NCBI GenBank assembly: GCA_963665095.1
Contig: OY762069.1
Location: 3,488,001-3,552,000 of the forward strand
From: an uncultured Desulfobacter sp.
GTDB taxonomy: Bacteria > Desulfobacterota > Desulfobacteria > Desulfobacterales > Desulfobacteraceae
Length of the DNA: 64,000 nucleotides
Reading direction: 5' to 3'
The notes under the pieces were generated by a model that saw nothing but the letters and a program-made list of their open reading frames with translations, ran no database searches and was not told where the DNA came from. How positions within the stretch are numbered: position 1 is the stretch's first letter; every line of letters begins with the position of its first letter. Of the stretch, positions 48,336 to 58,580 are shown in pieces. Position numbers and translations under genes: made by a program.

Positions 48336-49634
48336 ATGGCATATATTAATAAACAGATGCTCACGGCTGTGGTGGCGGATGAGGACGGAAATATCTTTGA
48401 GCTGGACGGGTATGCGGCAGCCGGCATGTCCGGGGACGATTTATACATTCTGACCAGATCCGGCACCTGCCCCATGCCCCACGGCAGCGAGCTGATGATG
48501 CTGCCCCACCGTACCCCTGTTGTATTCAACCTGATCACCGATAAATTTGAATCCATTGCAACCAACCCGTATCAGCCGGGCCAGCGCATTTTACCGGTGG
48601 GCGTGTTCAACTCCCCGGGGTATGTGAACCAGCACTTCTGCGCTTATGATGATGATGGCATTCATACACCCTTGCCGCTTTTTTCATACGGGGCAGTGGG
48701 GTTCGGAAAAAATGACTTCAGGTCAGCCGCGTTGCAGGTGGATGATGAACCCCGCCAGGATCTGCGGCTGATGCCTATCGCCGGGGTTCAGAAAGGGGTG
48801 GATAAGTTCAGGAAAAAATATCCGGATAACCGTCTCATGCGCCACCTTGAGACCTGCGCCCTGGTATATGGGTGTCCGGCCGGAAAAAATTTTTTCCTGG
48901 GCCGGTTTGAAGCCCCGCTTCCCACCTCTGTGGTGTGCAATGCCCGTTGTCTTGGGTGCATCTCCCTGCAGACAGACAACAATCTTTGTGCCTGCCAGGA
49001 CCGGATCAGTTTCATCCCCTCACCTGAAGAAATTGCAGGCGTTGCTCTGGAACACATTCTAAAAGTAGACAAGGCTGTGGTCAGCTTTGGCCAGGGATGT
49101 GAAGGCGAGCCCTTAACCTCGGGACAGGCCCTTGAGCAGGCCATTATTCTAATCAGGAAAAAAACGGATCAGGGCACCATCAATCTCAACTCCAACGCCA
49201 GCCTGCCGGATTGGGTGGAGCGGCTGTGCAGGGCAGGCCTTGACAGTATGCGGGTCAGCATGAACTCTGTGCGGAAAACCTGTTACACTGCCTATTTCAG
49301 ACCCAAATCCTATAAATTTGAAGATGTGGTGGAAAGCATCAGACGGGCCAAAGACCATGGCCGGTTTGTGGCCGTCAACTACCTGAACTGCCCGGGATTT
49401 ACCGACTCAGTCAGAGAAAAAGAGGCCCTGTTTGAGTTTATCCGGAAAACCGGCACGAACATGATCCAGTGGCGCAACCTCAACTTTGACCCCCGAAGCT
49501 ATTGCCGGATCATGGAAGATGCGGAACCAGGGGGTGGCCCAACAGGCATGGCGACCCTGATTCAGGACCTGAGCAAAGAATTTCCCCGCCTCATCCACGG
49601 CTACTTTAACCCACCCAAAAAAAACCATAAATAA
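48336..49634 (+). CDS. Radical SAM protein of unknown function
   Basis: CNARCLGC and SFGQGCEGEP. Confidence 0.88.
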   Translation: MAYINKQMLTAVVADEDGNIFELDGYAAAGMSGDDLYILTRSGTCPMPHGSELMMLPHRTPVVFNLITDKFESIATNPYQPGQRILPVGVFNSPGYVNQHFCAYDDDGIHTPLPLFSYGAVGFGKNDFRSAALQVDDEPRQDLRLMPIAGVQKGVDKFRKKYPDNRLMRHLETCALVYGCPAGKNFFLGRFEAPLPTSVVCNARCLGCISLQTDNNLCACQDRISFIPSPEEIAGVALEHILKVDKAVVSFGQGCEGEPLTSGQALEQAIILIRKKTDQGTINLNSNASLPDWVERLCRAGLDSMRVSMNSVRKTCYTAYFRPKSYKFEDVVESIRRAKDHGRFVAVNYLNCPGFTDSVREKEALFEFIRKTGTNMIQWRNLNFDPRSYCRIMEDAEPGGGPTGMATLIQDLSKEFPRLIHGYFNPPKKNHK

Positions 49635-49692
49635 TTGGGGTCAGAGTAAAATTAAATTTGCAAATTTAATTTTACTCTGACCCCAATTATTT
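49629..49692. repeat. Perfect 64-bp palindrome (REP/REPIN-like)
   Basis: AAATAATTGGGGTCAGAGTAAAATTAAATTTG plus its exact reverse complement. Confidence 0.9.
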
Positions 49693-49787
49693 TGAAAAAA
49701 AATAACATTGAAAAAGCCGGCCTGATTTGTTTTAATCGGTGGTTTGGATATATTTGATGGTATTTTAACCTTTTAGGGGAGACGGGC

Positions 49788-50471
49788 ATGCACCCTGATA
49801 TCAGCGGCACCATTATCATAGCAGGTAATTACGGCAGTGGAAAAAGTGAGACCGCCGTGAATCTGGCTGCTGTATCCCGGCAGGCAGGAAAGTCGGTGAA
49901 GATTACCGATCTTGATCTGGTCAACCCCTACTTCAGGTCCAGGGAAGCCAAAAAACCTCTGGAAGATTTAGGGGTGGAAGTGGTGCTGCCCGATGCCAAG
50001 TACATGCATGCGGATCTGCCTATTCTGACACCGGCTGTGGCCGGAATGATTAAAAATCCGGCAGAACTGACCATCCTGGATGCCGGCGGTGATGATGTGG
50101 GCGTGACGGTTCTGGCAGCCCTGGCCGATGTGTTTGAAAAGCATGTGGTCAGAATGTTCCAGGTCATCAATCCCCTTCGCCCCTTTACCGGCACAGTGGA
50201 TGGCTGTCTGAAAATAAAATCAGAGATTGAGGCGACTTCCAAGCTGCCTGTGGCAGGCCTTATTTCCAATGCCAACCTGCTGGACGACACTACGCCGGAT
50301 ATTATTTATGACGGCTTTGACCTGGTAACCCGGGTGTCTGAAGCCACTGGTATAAAAATTGAGTTTATAACCGCGTCAACCAAGCTTGTGCCCCAACTGG
50401 ACCCTGGACGAATCACCTGTCCCATCCTGCCCATCGACCGGAAACTGGCACCCCCCTGGAAACGCAATTAA
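49788..50471 (+). CDS. P-loop ATPase associated with the 2-oxoacid oxidoreductase operon
   Basis: GNYGSGKSE and DLDLVNPYFRSRE. Confidence 0.8.
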   Translation: MHPDISGTIIIAGNYGSGKSETAVNLAAVSRQAGKSVKITDLDLVNPYFRSREAKKPLEDLGVEVVLPDAKYMHADLPILTPAVAGMIKNPAELTILDAGGDDVGVTVLAALADVFEKHVVRMFQVINPLRPFTGTVDGCLKIKSEIEATSKLPVAGLISNANLLDDTTPDIIYDGFDLVTRVSEATGIKIEFITASTKLVPQLDPGRITCPILPIDRKLAPPWKRN

Positions 50472-50498
50472 CCCAAGGAGTAAGGAGTAAAAGTAACA

Positions 50499-50723
50499 AT
50501 GGCCTTTAAACACATTATTGATGCCGAGCGGTGCAAAGGGTGTGGGCTTTGTGTGCATTTCTGCCCCAAGGACGTGCTTGAGATCACCGACAAGGTCAAT
50601 GCAAAAGGGCATTTTCCCGTTCACCAGGCAAGACCTGATGATTGCATTTACTGCGCCATCTGCTGCACCATGTGCCCGGATGTGGCGATCAGTATAGTGG
50701 AAGTGGAAGAACAGACCAATTAA
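50499..50723 (+). CDS. 2x[4Fe-4S] ferredoxin-like delta subunit
   Basis: CKGCGLCVHFCP and CIYCAICCTMCP. Confidence 0.92.
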   Translation: MAFKHIIDAERCKGCGLCVHFCPKDVLEITDKVNAKGHFPVHQARPDDCIYCAICCTMCPDVAISIVEVEEQTN

Positions 50724-50743
50724 ATTTTAAGGACAAAGAGACA

Positions 50744-51814
50744 ATGGCTAAAGTCTTAATGAAAGGCAATGAAGCAATCGGCGAAGCCGCCATCAGGGCC
50801 GGCTGTACAAACTATTTTGCGTATCCCATCACACCCCAGTCGGAAGTCGCCGAATATTTAAGTAAACGCCTGCCTGAAGTGGGCGGCGTTTTCCTCCAGG
50901 GCGAAAGTGAAGTCGCCGTTGGTTATATGCTTTTCGGGGCCTCGGGTGCCGGTGAGCGGGTCATGACCACTTCTTCTTCTCCCGGCATCAGCCTGATGAG
51001 TGAGGCAATCTCCTATATAGCCGCAGCCCAGTGCCCGGTGGTATTTGTAAATATCATGAGAGGCGGGCCGGGCCTGGGCGGTATTCTTCCCTCCCAGGGC
51101 GACTATTTCCAGGCCACCAAGGGCGGCGGCCATGGTGACTACCACCTGCTGGTGCTGGCACCGGACGGGGTGCAGGAGGCCGTGGAGATGACCATGCAGG
51201 CCTTCAGCCTGGCGGAGAAATACAGAAACCCGGTCATGGTAATGGGCGACGGCATGATCGGCCAGATGATGGAGCCGGTGGAGTTCCCTGATGATTTAAA
51301 AACCGAACCCACCAACAAAGATGACTGGGCCACCAACGGCATGTCCACCAGAAAAAGCAAAAAGCAAAACCTGGTGAAATCCCTGTTCCTGGACCCTGCT
51401 GAACTCAATGAGAACAATATGATTCTCAAGGCCAAATACGAACAGATGAAAAAAGAAGAGGTCCAGTATGAACTGTACAACGGGGATGCTGACTACCAGG
51501 TACTCATCGCCAGCTACGGCACCATGAGCCGGGTCTGCCGCACCGCCATTGAGATGCTGAAAGAAGAAGGCATTGAAGTGGCCATGTTCCGGCCGAAAAC
51601 ATTATTCCCCTTCCCGGAAAAAGAGATTCATGATGCAGCAGTCAAAGAGAGCTGCAAGGCGGTCATCAGCATTGAGATGAGCATGGGCCAGATGGTGGAG
51701 GATGTCCAGCGCAGTGTCATGGGCAAAAAGCCGGTGGAATTTTACGGGGAGTGTGGTGGAGAGATCCCTGCCCCTGAAAAAATCATCGAAATCGTTAAAG
51801 AGCTGATCGGGTAA
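50744..51814 (+). CDS. vorB: 2-oxoacid:ferredoxin oxidoreductase alpha subunit (VorB-type)
   Basis: YPITPQSE, TSSSPGISL and ATKGGGHGDY. Confidence 0.88.
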   Translation: MAKVLMKGNEAIGEAAIRAGCTNYFAYPITPQSEVAEYLSKRLPEVGGVFLQGESEVAVGYMLFGASGAGERVMTTSSSPGISLMSEAISYIAAAQCPVVFVNIMRGGPGLGGILPSQGDYFQATKGGGHGDYHLLVLAPDGVQEAVEMTMQAFSLAEKYRNPVMVMGDGMIGQMMEPVEFPDDLKTEPTNKDDWATNGMSTRKSKKQNLVKSLFLDPAELNENNMILKAKYEQMKKEEVQYELYNGDADYQVLIASYGTMSRVCRTAIEMLKEEGIEVAMFRPKTLFPFPEKEIHDAAVKESCKAVISIEMSMGQMVEDVQRSVMGKKPVEFYGECGGEIPAPEKIIEIVKELIG

Positions 51815-51837
51815 CCTTTCCGGTCAAGGAGAAGATA

Positions 51838-52581
51838 ATGGGAAAAACATTTTCTAAGCCCCAAGCGTTAACAGACAATTATACCCACTATTGTCCCGGC
51901 TGCACCCACGGTATTGTTCACCGCCTGGTGGCCGAGGCCATTGACGAGCTGGGCATCAGGGAAAGAACAGTGGGCATCGCCCCTGTGGGATGCGCTGTCA
52001 TGGCCTATAACTATTTTGACTGCGACTTCCAGGAAGCGGCCCACGGCAGAGCCCCTGCCATGGCAACCGGCATCAAACGGGTTCGCCCGGATCTGATTGT
52101 CTTCACTTACCAGGGAGACGGCGACCTGGCCAGTATCGGCATGGGTGAAATCATCCATGCTGCCAACCGGGGTGAAAAATTCACGGTCATATTTATTAAT
52201 AACGCCATTTACGGCATGACCGGCGGCCAGATGGCACCCACCACCATGCCGGGCCAGCGTGCCACCACAGCCCCTGCCGGCCGTGACACAGCGCTCACCG
52301 GCATGCCCATCCGCATGGCCAATATCATGAAAGAGATTGTGACCCCGGGCTATGTCACCCGCCAGTCCGTACTCAAACCCCAGATGGTGAACAAATGTAA
52401 AAAGGCCATCAAAAAAGCGTTTGAGTACCAGATCAGCAACACCTGTTTCAGCTTTGTGGAGGTGGTCTCCACCTGTCCCACAAACTGGGGCATGACACCG
52501 CTCAATGCCTTGAAATGGGCTGAAGAGACCCTGTTGCCTTACTATGAACTGGGCGATTATAAAACCCCTGAAGACGCCTAA
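51838..52581 (+). CDS. 2-oxoacid:ferredoxin oxidoreductase beta (TPP-binding) subunit
   Basis: YCPGCTHG, QGDGD and NNAIYGMTGGQ. Confidence 0.92.
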   Translation: MGKTFSKPQALTDNYTHYCPGCTHGIVHRLVAEAIDELGIRERTVGIAPVGCAVMAYNYFDCDFQEAAHGRAPAMATGIKRVRPDLIVFTYQGDGDLASIGMGEIIHAANRGEKFTVIFINNAIYGMTGGQMAPTTMPGQRATTAPAGRDTALTGMPIRMANIMKEIVTPGYVTRQSVLKPQMVNKCKKAIKKAFEYQISNTCFSFVEVVSTCPTNWGMTPLNALKWAEETLLPYYELGDYKTPEDA

Positions 52582-52598
52582 ACTATTGGGAGACACCC

Positions 52599-53135
52599 AT
52601 GCAGACAGAAATTAAATTTGCAGGATTCGGCGGCCAGGGCATTCTTCTGAGTGCCAAGCTGCTGGCCTATGCCGCCATGAAGCAGGGATCCCAGGTCGCC
52701 TGGATTCCCTCTTACGGCCCTGAAATGCGGGGCGGCACCGCCTATTGCACCGTTGTGATCAGTGACAAGCTCATTGGATCACCCATCATAAAAAGCCCCT
52801 CCCACCTTGTGGCCATGAACCGGCCCTCACTGGAAAAATTTGACAGCACCGTCAAACCCGGAGGCATTGTGTTCATTAACTCGTCACTGATCCCTGTCAG
52901 AAGCCAGCGTAAAGATGTTGAGGAACTGGTAATACCGGTCAATGATATTGCCATTGAGGCAGGATCTGTCCGGGCAGCCAACATCGTGGCCCTGGCAGCA
53001 TTTGCAGCCAAAAGCAAGCTGGTGGATCTGGAACTTTTGAAAAAATGTGTCAAGGAAGAGTTTGCCGACAAGGCAAAGATCATTCCGTTGAACATGGATG
53101 CCTTTGACAGAGGCGTGGCTGCGGCTACGGCCTGA
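52599..53135 (+). CDS. 2-oxoacid:ferredoxin oxidoreductase gamma subunit
   Basis: AGFGGQG and SYGPEMRGG. Confidence 0.92.
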   Translation: MQTEIKFAGFGGQGILLSAKLLAYAAMKQGSQVAWIPSYGPEMRGGTAYCTVVISDKLIGSPIIKSPSHLVAMNRPSLEKFDSTVKPGGIVFINSSLIPVRSQRKDVEELVIPVNDIAIEAGSVRAANIVALAAFAAKSKLVDLELLKKCVKEEFADKAKIIPLNMDAFDRGVAAATA

Positions 53136-53158
53136 TACAAAAAGAGAGAATGTCACAG

Positions 53159-53209
53159 ACAGGCGGGAAAAGGAAATTAACGAGTCCTTTTTCTGCCTGT
53201 ACTGTTTTT
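53159..53209 (+). terminator. Intrinsic terminator after the vor operon
   Basis: ACAGGCGGGAAAAGGA...TCCTTTTCTGCCTGT followed by a T-rich tail. Confidence 0.65.
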
Positions 53210-53265
53210 ATCCTGAGTGTGCAAAAAACCGTTGTAAATTTTATTTTTACAAAACCAAAAATAAT

Positions 53266-54575
53266 CAGTAGTGTCCGGTTAGGTTTTTGCTTGCTCAGTA
53301 ATTTTTTGATCTTTGACAATATTGTCTCTGTTTGAACCGTGAAAAGCATCATTGTTGCTCTCAATCAGATCATTCAAGATGGCTGTTCGTAACTGCCGAA
53401 CCCTTTTAATAGTAACCTTTTCATTAAACTCGTTTCGACAGTAGATTGCAAGCAACAGATACGTGATGAGGCCGCTAAGGATTTGCACCATAAGGCCATA
53501 TTCGCTGCGGGCAATGAGGTGGTAAACTTTCAGGTGTCCTTTCCACCATTTGAAAAAATCTTCAATGGTCCACCGGAGCTTATATATGGTTGCTATTTGC
53601 TCTGCCGTTAAATCATGCCTGTCAGTTGCTACATAGTATTTCACGCCGGCAATTTTATAGCCAACAACCCGGACGGGAGTTTTTGTCTGGTTCAGGTTCG
53701 GAGTGCCAAGGAAGACCAGAGCATCATAGAAAATGTAGCTGCCATAGTTGACCTCGTGAGTCTCAATTACCGTTCTGGTTGTTTTGGCTTTTATACGGCA
53801 AACAAAATGCTTGCCTTGTGCCTGTAGCAAGTCAAAATCGTGATGTGATTGATAGCCACGGTCCATAACACCTGTTTGCCCCTCGGTAAGTATCTTTGGG
53901 ACAAAAGGGCGCTCCCCGCCGTTGCCTTCTGTCAGGAATATTTTGTTTGGAATGCCGTGATTTATGTCAAATCCGCAATGCGCTTTGGCTTTTTTACTTC
54001 CTTTCCTGTAGTTTGCCCAATGCATTGAAAGGACGGCATTTATAAGGCTGCCGTCAATGGAAACCAGATCGCCCAACTCGGCATGCTCCTTTGGCAGGCA
54101 CCCAACAGCCTGTTTATAAAGATCTTCGAAGACAAATTGCAGTTGTTCAAGCCCTCGGTGGTTGACTGCTTCACAAAAGCTGCTGCGGCTGATACCGCCT
54201 TCCGGAGCAATATGTTCTTTGGCAAAAATATTTTCCTTGAGATCTTGGACTAAATGCCGGGCTGATTTGTGTTCCTGCAGATGAAAATAAATCAGGGCAT
54301 TTATCTGGTCTTCGAATGTCATTTTTAAAGGTCGGTCTCCTCGAGATTGCAATTCTGGTGCTTGTGGAAGCGACCTTATCAGAGGGTTACGGAACTTGTC
54401 AAAATTCAGGGACGATATTATGGCTTTGGTAATTGAAATGCGCGTCATTTGGGCTCCTTGATAAAATTTTTCAAGGCGCGCAAAAATTTTTACGCACATT
54501 TGTCAACATAAAAATGACGTTTTTTGAATAATTTTAGATATTTTTTATATGCAACAACCTAACCGGACACTACTG
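53266..54575 (-). mobile_element. Complete IS4-family insertion sequence
   Basis: Perfect 20-bp IRs CAGTAGTGTCCGGTTAGGTT (53266-53285 and 54556-54575); 9-bp target duplication AAAAATAAT on both sides. Confidence 0.95.
53279..54448 (-). CDS. IS4-family DDE transposase
   Basis: SIDGS, MDRGY and YKLRWTIEDFFKWWK (YREK signature). Confidence 0.95.
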   Translation of the reverse strand: MTRISITKAIISSLNFDKFRNPLIRSLPQAPELQSRGDRPLKMTFEDQINALIYFHLQEHKSARHLVQDLKENIFAKEHIAPEGGISRSSFCEAVNHRGLEQLQFVFEDLYKQAVGCLPKEHAELGDLVSIDGSLINAVLSMHWANYRKGSKKAKAHCGFDINHGIPNKIFLTEGNGGERPFVPKILTEGQTGVMDRGYQSHHDFDLLQAQGKHFVCRIKAKTTRTVIETHEVNYGSYIFYDALVFLGTPNLNQTKTPVRVVGYKIAGVKYYVATDRHDLTAEQIATIYKLRWTIEDFFKWWKGHLKVYHLIARSEYGLMVQILSGLITYLLLAIYCRNEFNEKVTIKRVRQLRTAILNDLIESNNDAFHGSNRDNIVKDQKITEQAKT

Positions 54576-54643
54576 AAAAATAATGATACTTTAGGGGTCA
54601 GGCAGATATTCAATCCAATTAATTTTCTTTGTGTGATTCAAGC

Positions 54644-54952
54644 ATGATTAAACATAAATTTGCAAAATTAAATGATACACAGATTCAGGACATCAAAGCC
54701 CTGGAGCAAAGCCTGGGAGAGGATATTCAAATCTTTGCCATAGAAAAACAGCCTGTGTTTGTTGTGGAGGCAAAGACAGCACCTAACTGCTGGGAGCGAA
54801 TAAAAGAGATCTATCCCGGGGTGGGCTTTCAGTCTTATTATTCAACCAAAGACGAAGCCCTGGCTGCCAAAGCCACCCTGAAACACCTGCTGCTTGGCAG
54901 ACTGAAAGGGCAGTTTCAGAAATACCCGATCAGAATCCGGGAAACCAGCTGA
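54644..54952 (+). CDS. Hypothetical protein
   Basis: Plausible ORF between the IS and the TonB locus. Confidence 0.55.
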   Translation: MIKHKFAKLNDTQIQDIKALEQSLGEDIQIFAIEKQPVFVVEAKTAPNCWERIKEIYPGVGFQSYYSTKDEALAAKATLKHLLLGRLKGQFQKYPIRIRETS

Positions 54953-55214
54953 TATCGGCCTTTCCTCAAAACAAATGTCAACAGGATTTCGGATGTCCAG
55001 AACACCCAGGTACCCTGGTCAATGAGATCTGAAAAATTGTTTTGCCATGCATATAAAAAATTACAATTTCCTACCTGATACCTGCATTTAAAATCAGTTT
55101 CTTTTCTCCTTGACAATAAAACCAATCCTATGTTTTAAAGGGCACAATGCGTCAGGAAGGCGCACGCAGCGAAGCGTTAAAAAAAGCAGTTAGCAATATA
55201 TAAATTAATTTAAA

Positions 55215-55271
55215 GCCAAGAAGGTTAAGATATCGAAATTTTCGATACCGGTATCCTTTTTGGCTTTTTTT
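55215..55271 (+). terminator. Leader terminator/attenuator upstream of the TonB operon
   Basis: GCCAAGAAGG...CCTTTTTGGC plus T7; TTGACA at about 55110. Confidence 0.65.
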
Positions 55272-55330
55272 GTTTCTATCAAATTTGATGCTGATGAAAA
55301 TGTTAGCCTCTAAAAATATAGGAGAAGAGA

Positions 55331-56101
55331 ATGAATAAAGGCAGGATAGCAATGATAGCCTGGGTGGTTCTGGTAATAATATGGGCTCCGCAAATCCAGG
55401 CTGCCAATGTAAAAAAAGAGATAGAAGACCCTGTTCATAAGGCAGTGGGAATTGAGCAGAGAACCCAGACAGACGAGGTAAAGTGGCGCAACGAAAAAGA
55501 AAGCAAAATAGCAGAGTTCGAAGCCCTGGAAAAAGAGCTGGCCATGGTGGAAAAGGAGCGGGATCTGGAAGCCGCCCGGAACAAGGCCCTTGTTTCAAAG
55601 GTCAACCACACCAGAAAACAGCTGGCCGACATTGCTGAAATCGAGGGTCAGATATCTCCCTTTCTTTGCGATTTATTGAATAAAATTAAAGAGCTCAACG
55701 CCCATGATCTGCCGTTTTTACAGGCAGAGCGTGAGAAAAGACTTCAGGCACTTGAGGAGCTGAACACCAATCCGGAAGTGCCGATGAGTGAAAAGTTCAG
55801 AAAACTGATGGAGGCCCTTCTTGTGGAAACCGAATACGGCACCACCATTGAAGTCTACCAGCAGACGGTGCCGCTTGCCGGGGAAGATACCCTGGTCAAC
55901 ATCTTCAGACTGGGCCGGCTGCGACTTTTCTACCAGACCCTGGACAAACAGCAGTGCGGGTTCTTCAACCCTGCCGAGAAATCATGGCAACCGTTGGAAG
56001 ATATCTATCTGAAAACCATTCAGGCAGCCATAGATATGGGTTCCAAGCGCAAGCCCGTTGAGATTTTAACCCTGCCCATCGGAAGGATCGTGGTCCAATG
56101 A
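55331..56101 (+). CDS. DUF3450-family TonB-system protein
   Basis: Signal peptide, coiled coil, DLPFLQAER, EKFRKLMEALLVETEYG and FRLGRL. Confidence 0.85.
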   Translation: MNKGRIAMIAWVVLVIIWAPQIQAANVKKEIEDPVHKAVGIEQRTQTDEVKWRNEKESKIAEFEALEKELAMVEKERDLEAARNKALVSKVNHTRKQLADIAEIEGQISPFLCDLLNKIKELNAHDLPFLQAEREKRLQALEELNTNPEVPMSEKFRKLMEALLVETEYGTTIEVYQQTVPLAGEDTLVNIFRLGRLRLFYQTLDKQQCGFFNPAEKSWQPLEDIYLKTIQAAIDMGSKRKPVEILTLPIGRIVVQ

Positions 56102-57537
56102 AATGTAACCTTACATATATTTTGACAGCTCTTTTGCTCACTTTCTCTCTGCTCTTTTGTCAATCATTATGGGCAAAGGACATGCGTGAAATCCGCATTG
56201 AAACCGAAAAGATTGAAGCATCCATGAAACAAAAGGCGGCAGCGGAACTGTCTGCCGCCCAGGAAGCTGCCAGGGAAAGCCGCCGGCAGATTATGTCAGA
56301 CAGATCCCGGCTGGATCAGGCCATTGCCGAATTAAAAAAGAAAATTGTTGCCACTGATACGGAACTTAAAGCCCTTAAAACAGATAATGAAAACCTGACC
56401 GCAGAAGAGAGTCAGCTGTCCAAGGAGCTGGATGAGGCACAGGGCACCGTCAAAGAGCTCTCCGGTGCCATCCGCATGAACGCCAAGGACATCCGCTCTC
56501 TTCTGGACAACAGTTTTCTTACCGGGGTGTATCACCCGGACACCCGGTTTCTGACCACCATTGCAGATAACTCCGTCATTCCCGGCATGGATGAGATAAA
56601 AGCCATGGCTGCCCTGCTTTTTGACCAGATTGACCAGGGCGGGGCTGTCACCCTTGAAACCGGTGAAATCGTGAACCGCGAAGGAAAGGCCCAGGATAGC
56701 CAGATACTGGTCATTGGGGCGTTTACGGCGGCATACCGGCTGGCAGGGGAGACCGGATTCCTGAATTTTTCCCATGGAGAAAGGAAACTCTACGCGCTTT
56801 CCAAGCTGCCCTCCCTGCCCATGCAGGAAAAGCTTACCGGATATATGGATGGGAAAAACGATGCCGTACCCATGGATATCTCCCGGGGGGCTGCTTTAAG
56901 CCAGCTGATCCACGAATTAAGTCTGATGGACCAGGTTCCCAAGGGCGGCCCCATTGTATGGCCCATCCTGGCCATCCTGGCCCTGGGCGCACTGATCACC
57001 CTGGAGCGGGTCTTCTTTCTTCTGCGCCGGAAAATCAGGCTGGAAACCGTGTGCGGTAAAATCGAAAGCCAGGCTGCGGCCCAAAGCTGGGATGAATGCA
57101 CCGCCACCTGCGACAAGTACAAAAGAAACCCGGTGATCCGGGTGATCCGCTCCGGTATTGAGAGCCGGACACTTCCCAGGGAAGACATGGAAAACGCCGT
57201 GCAGGAAGCCATTCTTAGAGAGATCCCCCCCATGGAGCGCTTCCTGTCCACCATGGGGATGCTGGCGGCCATTGCCCCGCTGCTCGGGCTTCTTGGCACC
57301 GTTACCGGCATGATCGACACCTTCCATGTCATCACCATGCATGGCACTGGTGACCCGCGCATGATGTCCGGCGGCATTTCCGAGGCCCTGGTCACCACCA
57401 TGCTGGGTCTTTCCGTAGCCATTCCAATTATGCTCTCCCACACCCTTCTGAGCCGTGCGGTTGAGAACAGTGTGGGCATGATGGAGGAGAAGGCCGTGGC
57501 CCTGATCAATATCGTCCAGAAGTTCAAGGGGGCGTGA
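56098..57537 (+). CDS. Extended MotA/TolQ/ExbB protein (TtpC-like)
   Basis: Periplasmic coiled coil plus APLLGLLGTVTGMI and GISEALVTT. Confidence 0.9.
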   Translation: MKCNLTYILTALLLTFSLLFCQSLWAKDMREIRIETEKIEASMKQKAAAELSAAQEAARESRRQIMSDRSRLDQAIAELKKKIVATDTELKALKTDNENLTAEESQLSKELDEAQGTVKELSGAIRMNAKDIRSLLDNSFLTGVYHPDTRFLTTIADNSVIPGMDEIKAMAALLFDQIDQGGAVTLETGEIVNREGKAQDSQILVIGAFTAAYRLAGETGFLNFSHGERKLYALSKLPSLPMQEKLTGYMDGKNDAVPMDISRGAALSQLIHELSLMDQVPKGGPIVWPILAILALGALITLERVFFLLRRKIRLETVCGKIESQAAAQSWDECTATCDKYKRNPVIRVIRSGIESRTLPREDMENAVQEAILREIPPMERFLSTMGMLAAIAPLLGLLGTVTGMIDTFHVITMHGTGDPRMMSGGISEALVTTMLGLSVAIPIMLSHTLLSRAVENSVGMMEEKAVALINIVQKFKGA

Positions 57538-58148
57538 TGCCGCTTTTCATTCATGAAAACCTGGATCTGATGACCGATCTGATCCGGGCCGGCGGTGTGG
57601 TCATGGTGCCCCTGGTGGTTTTAAGTCTTGTCATGTGGCTGCTGATTATTGAACGTACCTTTTTCTTCAGACGGCTCTACAGAAAAAACATGAACGCCAG
57701 AACTGCGCTGGATCTAATACGGGAAAACACCCTGCCCGACCCCAAAAACTACCGTGGTGCGGTCAGTCTCCTGGTAACGGAATTCATCCAGAACCGGTCC
57801 GGCGAAAACAGGCTGGACCGCCATCTTCTGGATGCAGCCGTGGCCCGGATCAACCGGAGACTCACCCGCTCCCTGGCCGTCATCGGCGTCCTGGCCGCCA
57901 TGGCCCCGCTCATGGGACTTCTGGGCACGGTCACCGGCATGATCACCACCTTTGACGTCCTGGCCATATTCGGCACAGGCAACGCCAAAGCCATGGCCGG
58001 AGGCATTTCCGAGTCTCTTATCACCACCCAGACAGGTCTTATTGTGGCCATTCCCGGACTTTATATGAAAGGATTTCTGGACCGGCGGGCCGAACACTTA
58101 AGCCAGCGGGTCCAGCGGGTGGGCTTATATCTGAAACGGCATATGTAA
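57534..58148 (+). CDS. exbB: ExbB proton-channel protein
   Basis: APLMGLLGTVTGMI and GISESLITT. Confidence 0.9.
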   Translation: MMPLFIHENLDLMTDLIRAGGVVMVPLVVLSLVMWLLIIERTFFFRRLYRKNMNARTALDLIRENTLPDPKNYRGAVSLLVTEFIQNRSGENRLDRHLLDAAVARINRRLTRSLAVIGVLAAMAPLMGLLGTVTGMITTFDVLAIFGTGNAKAMAGGISESLITTQTGLIVAIPGLYMKGFLDRRAEHLSQRVQRVGLYLKRHM

Positions 58149-58160
58149 GGGAACACAACC

Positions 58161-58580
58161 ATGCTCAACGTTGCTGCAAGCAGAAAAAATAAAAAAGGGG
58201 CGGTTGAACTCAACATTGCCCCCCTCATTGATATGGTATTCATCCTGCTGATCTTTTTTCTGGTTACCACAAGTTTTGTAAAAGAGACCGGCATTGATGT
58301 GACAAGGCCCACGGCATCCACTGCCACCACCAAACCCAAGGCCACCATCCTCATTGCCGTGGACAGCCAGAACCGGGTCTTCATGGACCACCGGGAGATC
58401 GATATCCGGGCGGTCCGGGCCAACACAGAACGGGCCCTGGCGGAAAACCCTGACGGGGCCGTGGTGGTGGTGGCGGACCAGACTTCCGACACCGGCATTG
58501 CCATCCAGGTCATGGACGGCTGCCGCCTGGCCGGTGCCCCCAATGTATCGTTAGCGGCGGCGCTCCCGGAGGGACAATGA
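58161..58580 (+). CDS. exbD: ExbD
   Basis: NIAPLIDMVFILLIFFLVTT. Confidence 0.95.
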   Translation: MLNVAASRKNKKGAVELNIAPLIDMVFILLIFFLVTTSFVKETGIDVTRPTASTATTKPKATILIAVDSQNRVFMDHREIDIRAVRANTERALAENPDGAVVVVADQTSDTGIAIQVMDGCRLAGAPNVSLAAALPEGQ

